Positions 63,486 to 64,000 of a stretch of 64,000 nt of DNA are shown here, piece by piece (position 1 is the first letter of the stretch; each line of letters starts with the position of its first letter). This stretch comes from Spirochaetia bacterium. Its GTDB lineage: Bacteria > Spirochaetota > Spirochaetia > DSM-16054 > Sediminispirochaetaceae. Under the pieces are notes generated by a model. The model searched no databases and was not told the origin of the DNA. It saw nothing but the letters and a program-made list of their open reading frames with translations. The translations under genes and the position numbers were made by a program. The stretch is from NCBI GenBank assembly GCA_034520965.1, contig JAXHMY010000007.1:32001-96000 (forward strand). The letters run 5' to 3'.

Positions 63486-63516
63486 ATATTTCTCCTAAGA
63501 ATAATATATTCTGTCG

Positions 63517-63934
63517 TTATATGAGCCCGGAGAGTTGCAGTCCCAAGAAGATAGTGAGTGCCATAGAGAGCAGGGTGATTCTTCCGAGCCAGTGATGAAC
63601 TATCCGCACCTGTTTCTTGTAGGTTGGTTTAACCTTACGACTGCGAATCGCAAAGCCTATGATTGGCGTTGCGATGACTAAAGCAAAGGTAAGTACGCCC
63701 ACAACAGCATGGAGTGAGGCAATATGTACTCCATGGGATAGAGAAACCATAATAACCGCAATTACCATGGCAGTCACAACAGCGCCGGCGCCAATGAGGT
63801 TCAATCGTTTATGGAGCGTGTACCACCAGCGCTTTTTTCTGATAGCGTGCTATGCTCATAGCAGCGAACATCAACACAAATGATAGTCCCATGAGTACCG
63901 CATGGATAGGCCACAAAACCGAATAAGTCGACAT
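63517..63934 (-). CDS. Membrane protein, cytochrome b561-like His pattern (frameshifted)
   Basis: HAVLM..WYTLHKRLN..LHAVVG..HHWLGR. Confidence 0.55.
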
Positions 63935-64000
63935 ACACACCTCCTATTGCAAAGTATTACATAACCGATGGAAGATTTCAAATTTCGAATCCCTGAATCT

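Noticed and set aside
63969..63990. Sixth copy of the palindrome family (ttcaaatttcgaat)
   Set aside because: Only a degenerate half-arm with no complementary partner.

Overview
This window is bacterial chromosomal DNA, most likely from a free-living, anaerobic, possibly halotolerant spirochaete. The evidence is spirochaete-style hypothetical proteins, a FemAB enzyme, PFOR and glucosylglycerate enzymes; the taxonomy is an inference. Many conserved genes carry frameshifts, which suggests an error-prone long-read consensus. Bases 1-7.8 kb are an accessory region abutting the 3' end of a tRNA(CAT). It encodes a C-terminally shortened DnaE with a degenerate PHP domain, a signal-peptide protein, a Cas4-like nuclease/DEDD exonuclease fusion (DUF2779-like), a PafBC/DriD-type WYL regulator and a PD-(D/E)XK nuclease. 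Three promoter regions in this block share the palindrome TGTG(A/C)C-N7-GGCACA, which points to a WYL-controlled DNA-damage, mutagenesis or defence regulon; this is the best candidate for an undescribed system. The rest is mostly housekeeping and metabolism: MlaFED, PFOR, GH13_18 phosphorylase with GT4s, radical SAM, MCP, AlaX, kynureninase, NfeD/FloA, CrtI, a PAS kinase and an adenylate cyclase. Other oddities are a family of 40-43 bp palindromes, two of them forming equal-length 132 bp doublets; a damaged tRNA-Cys; an internally deleted fdhA; and an HydCB-FdhA formate dehydrogenase operon nested inside a broken YfcC-family gene.
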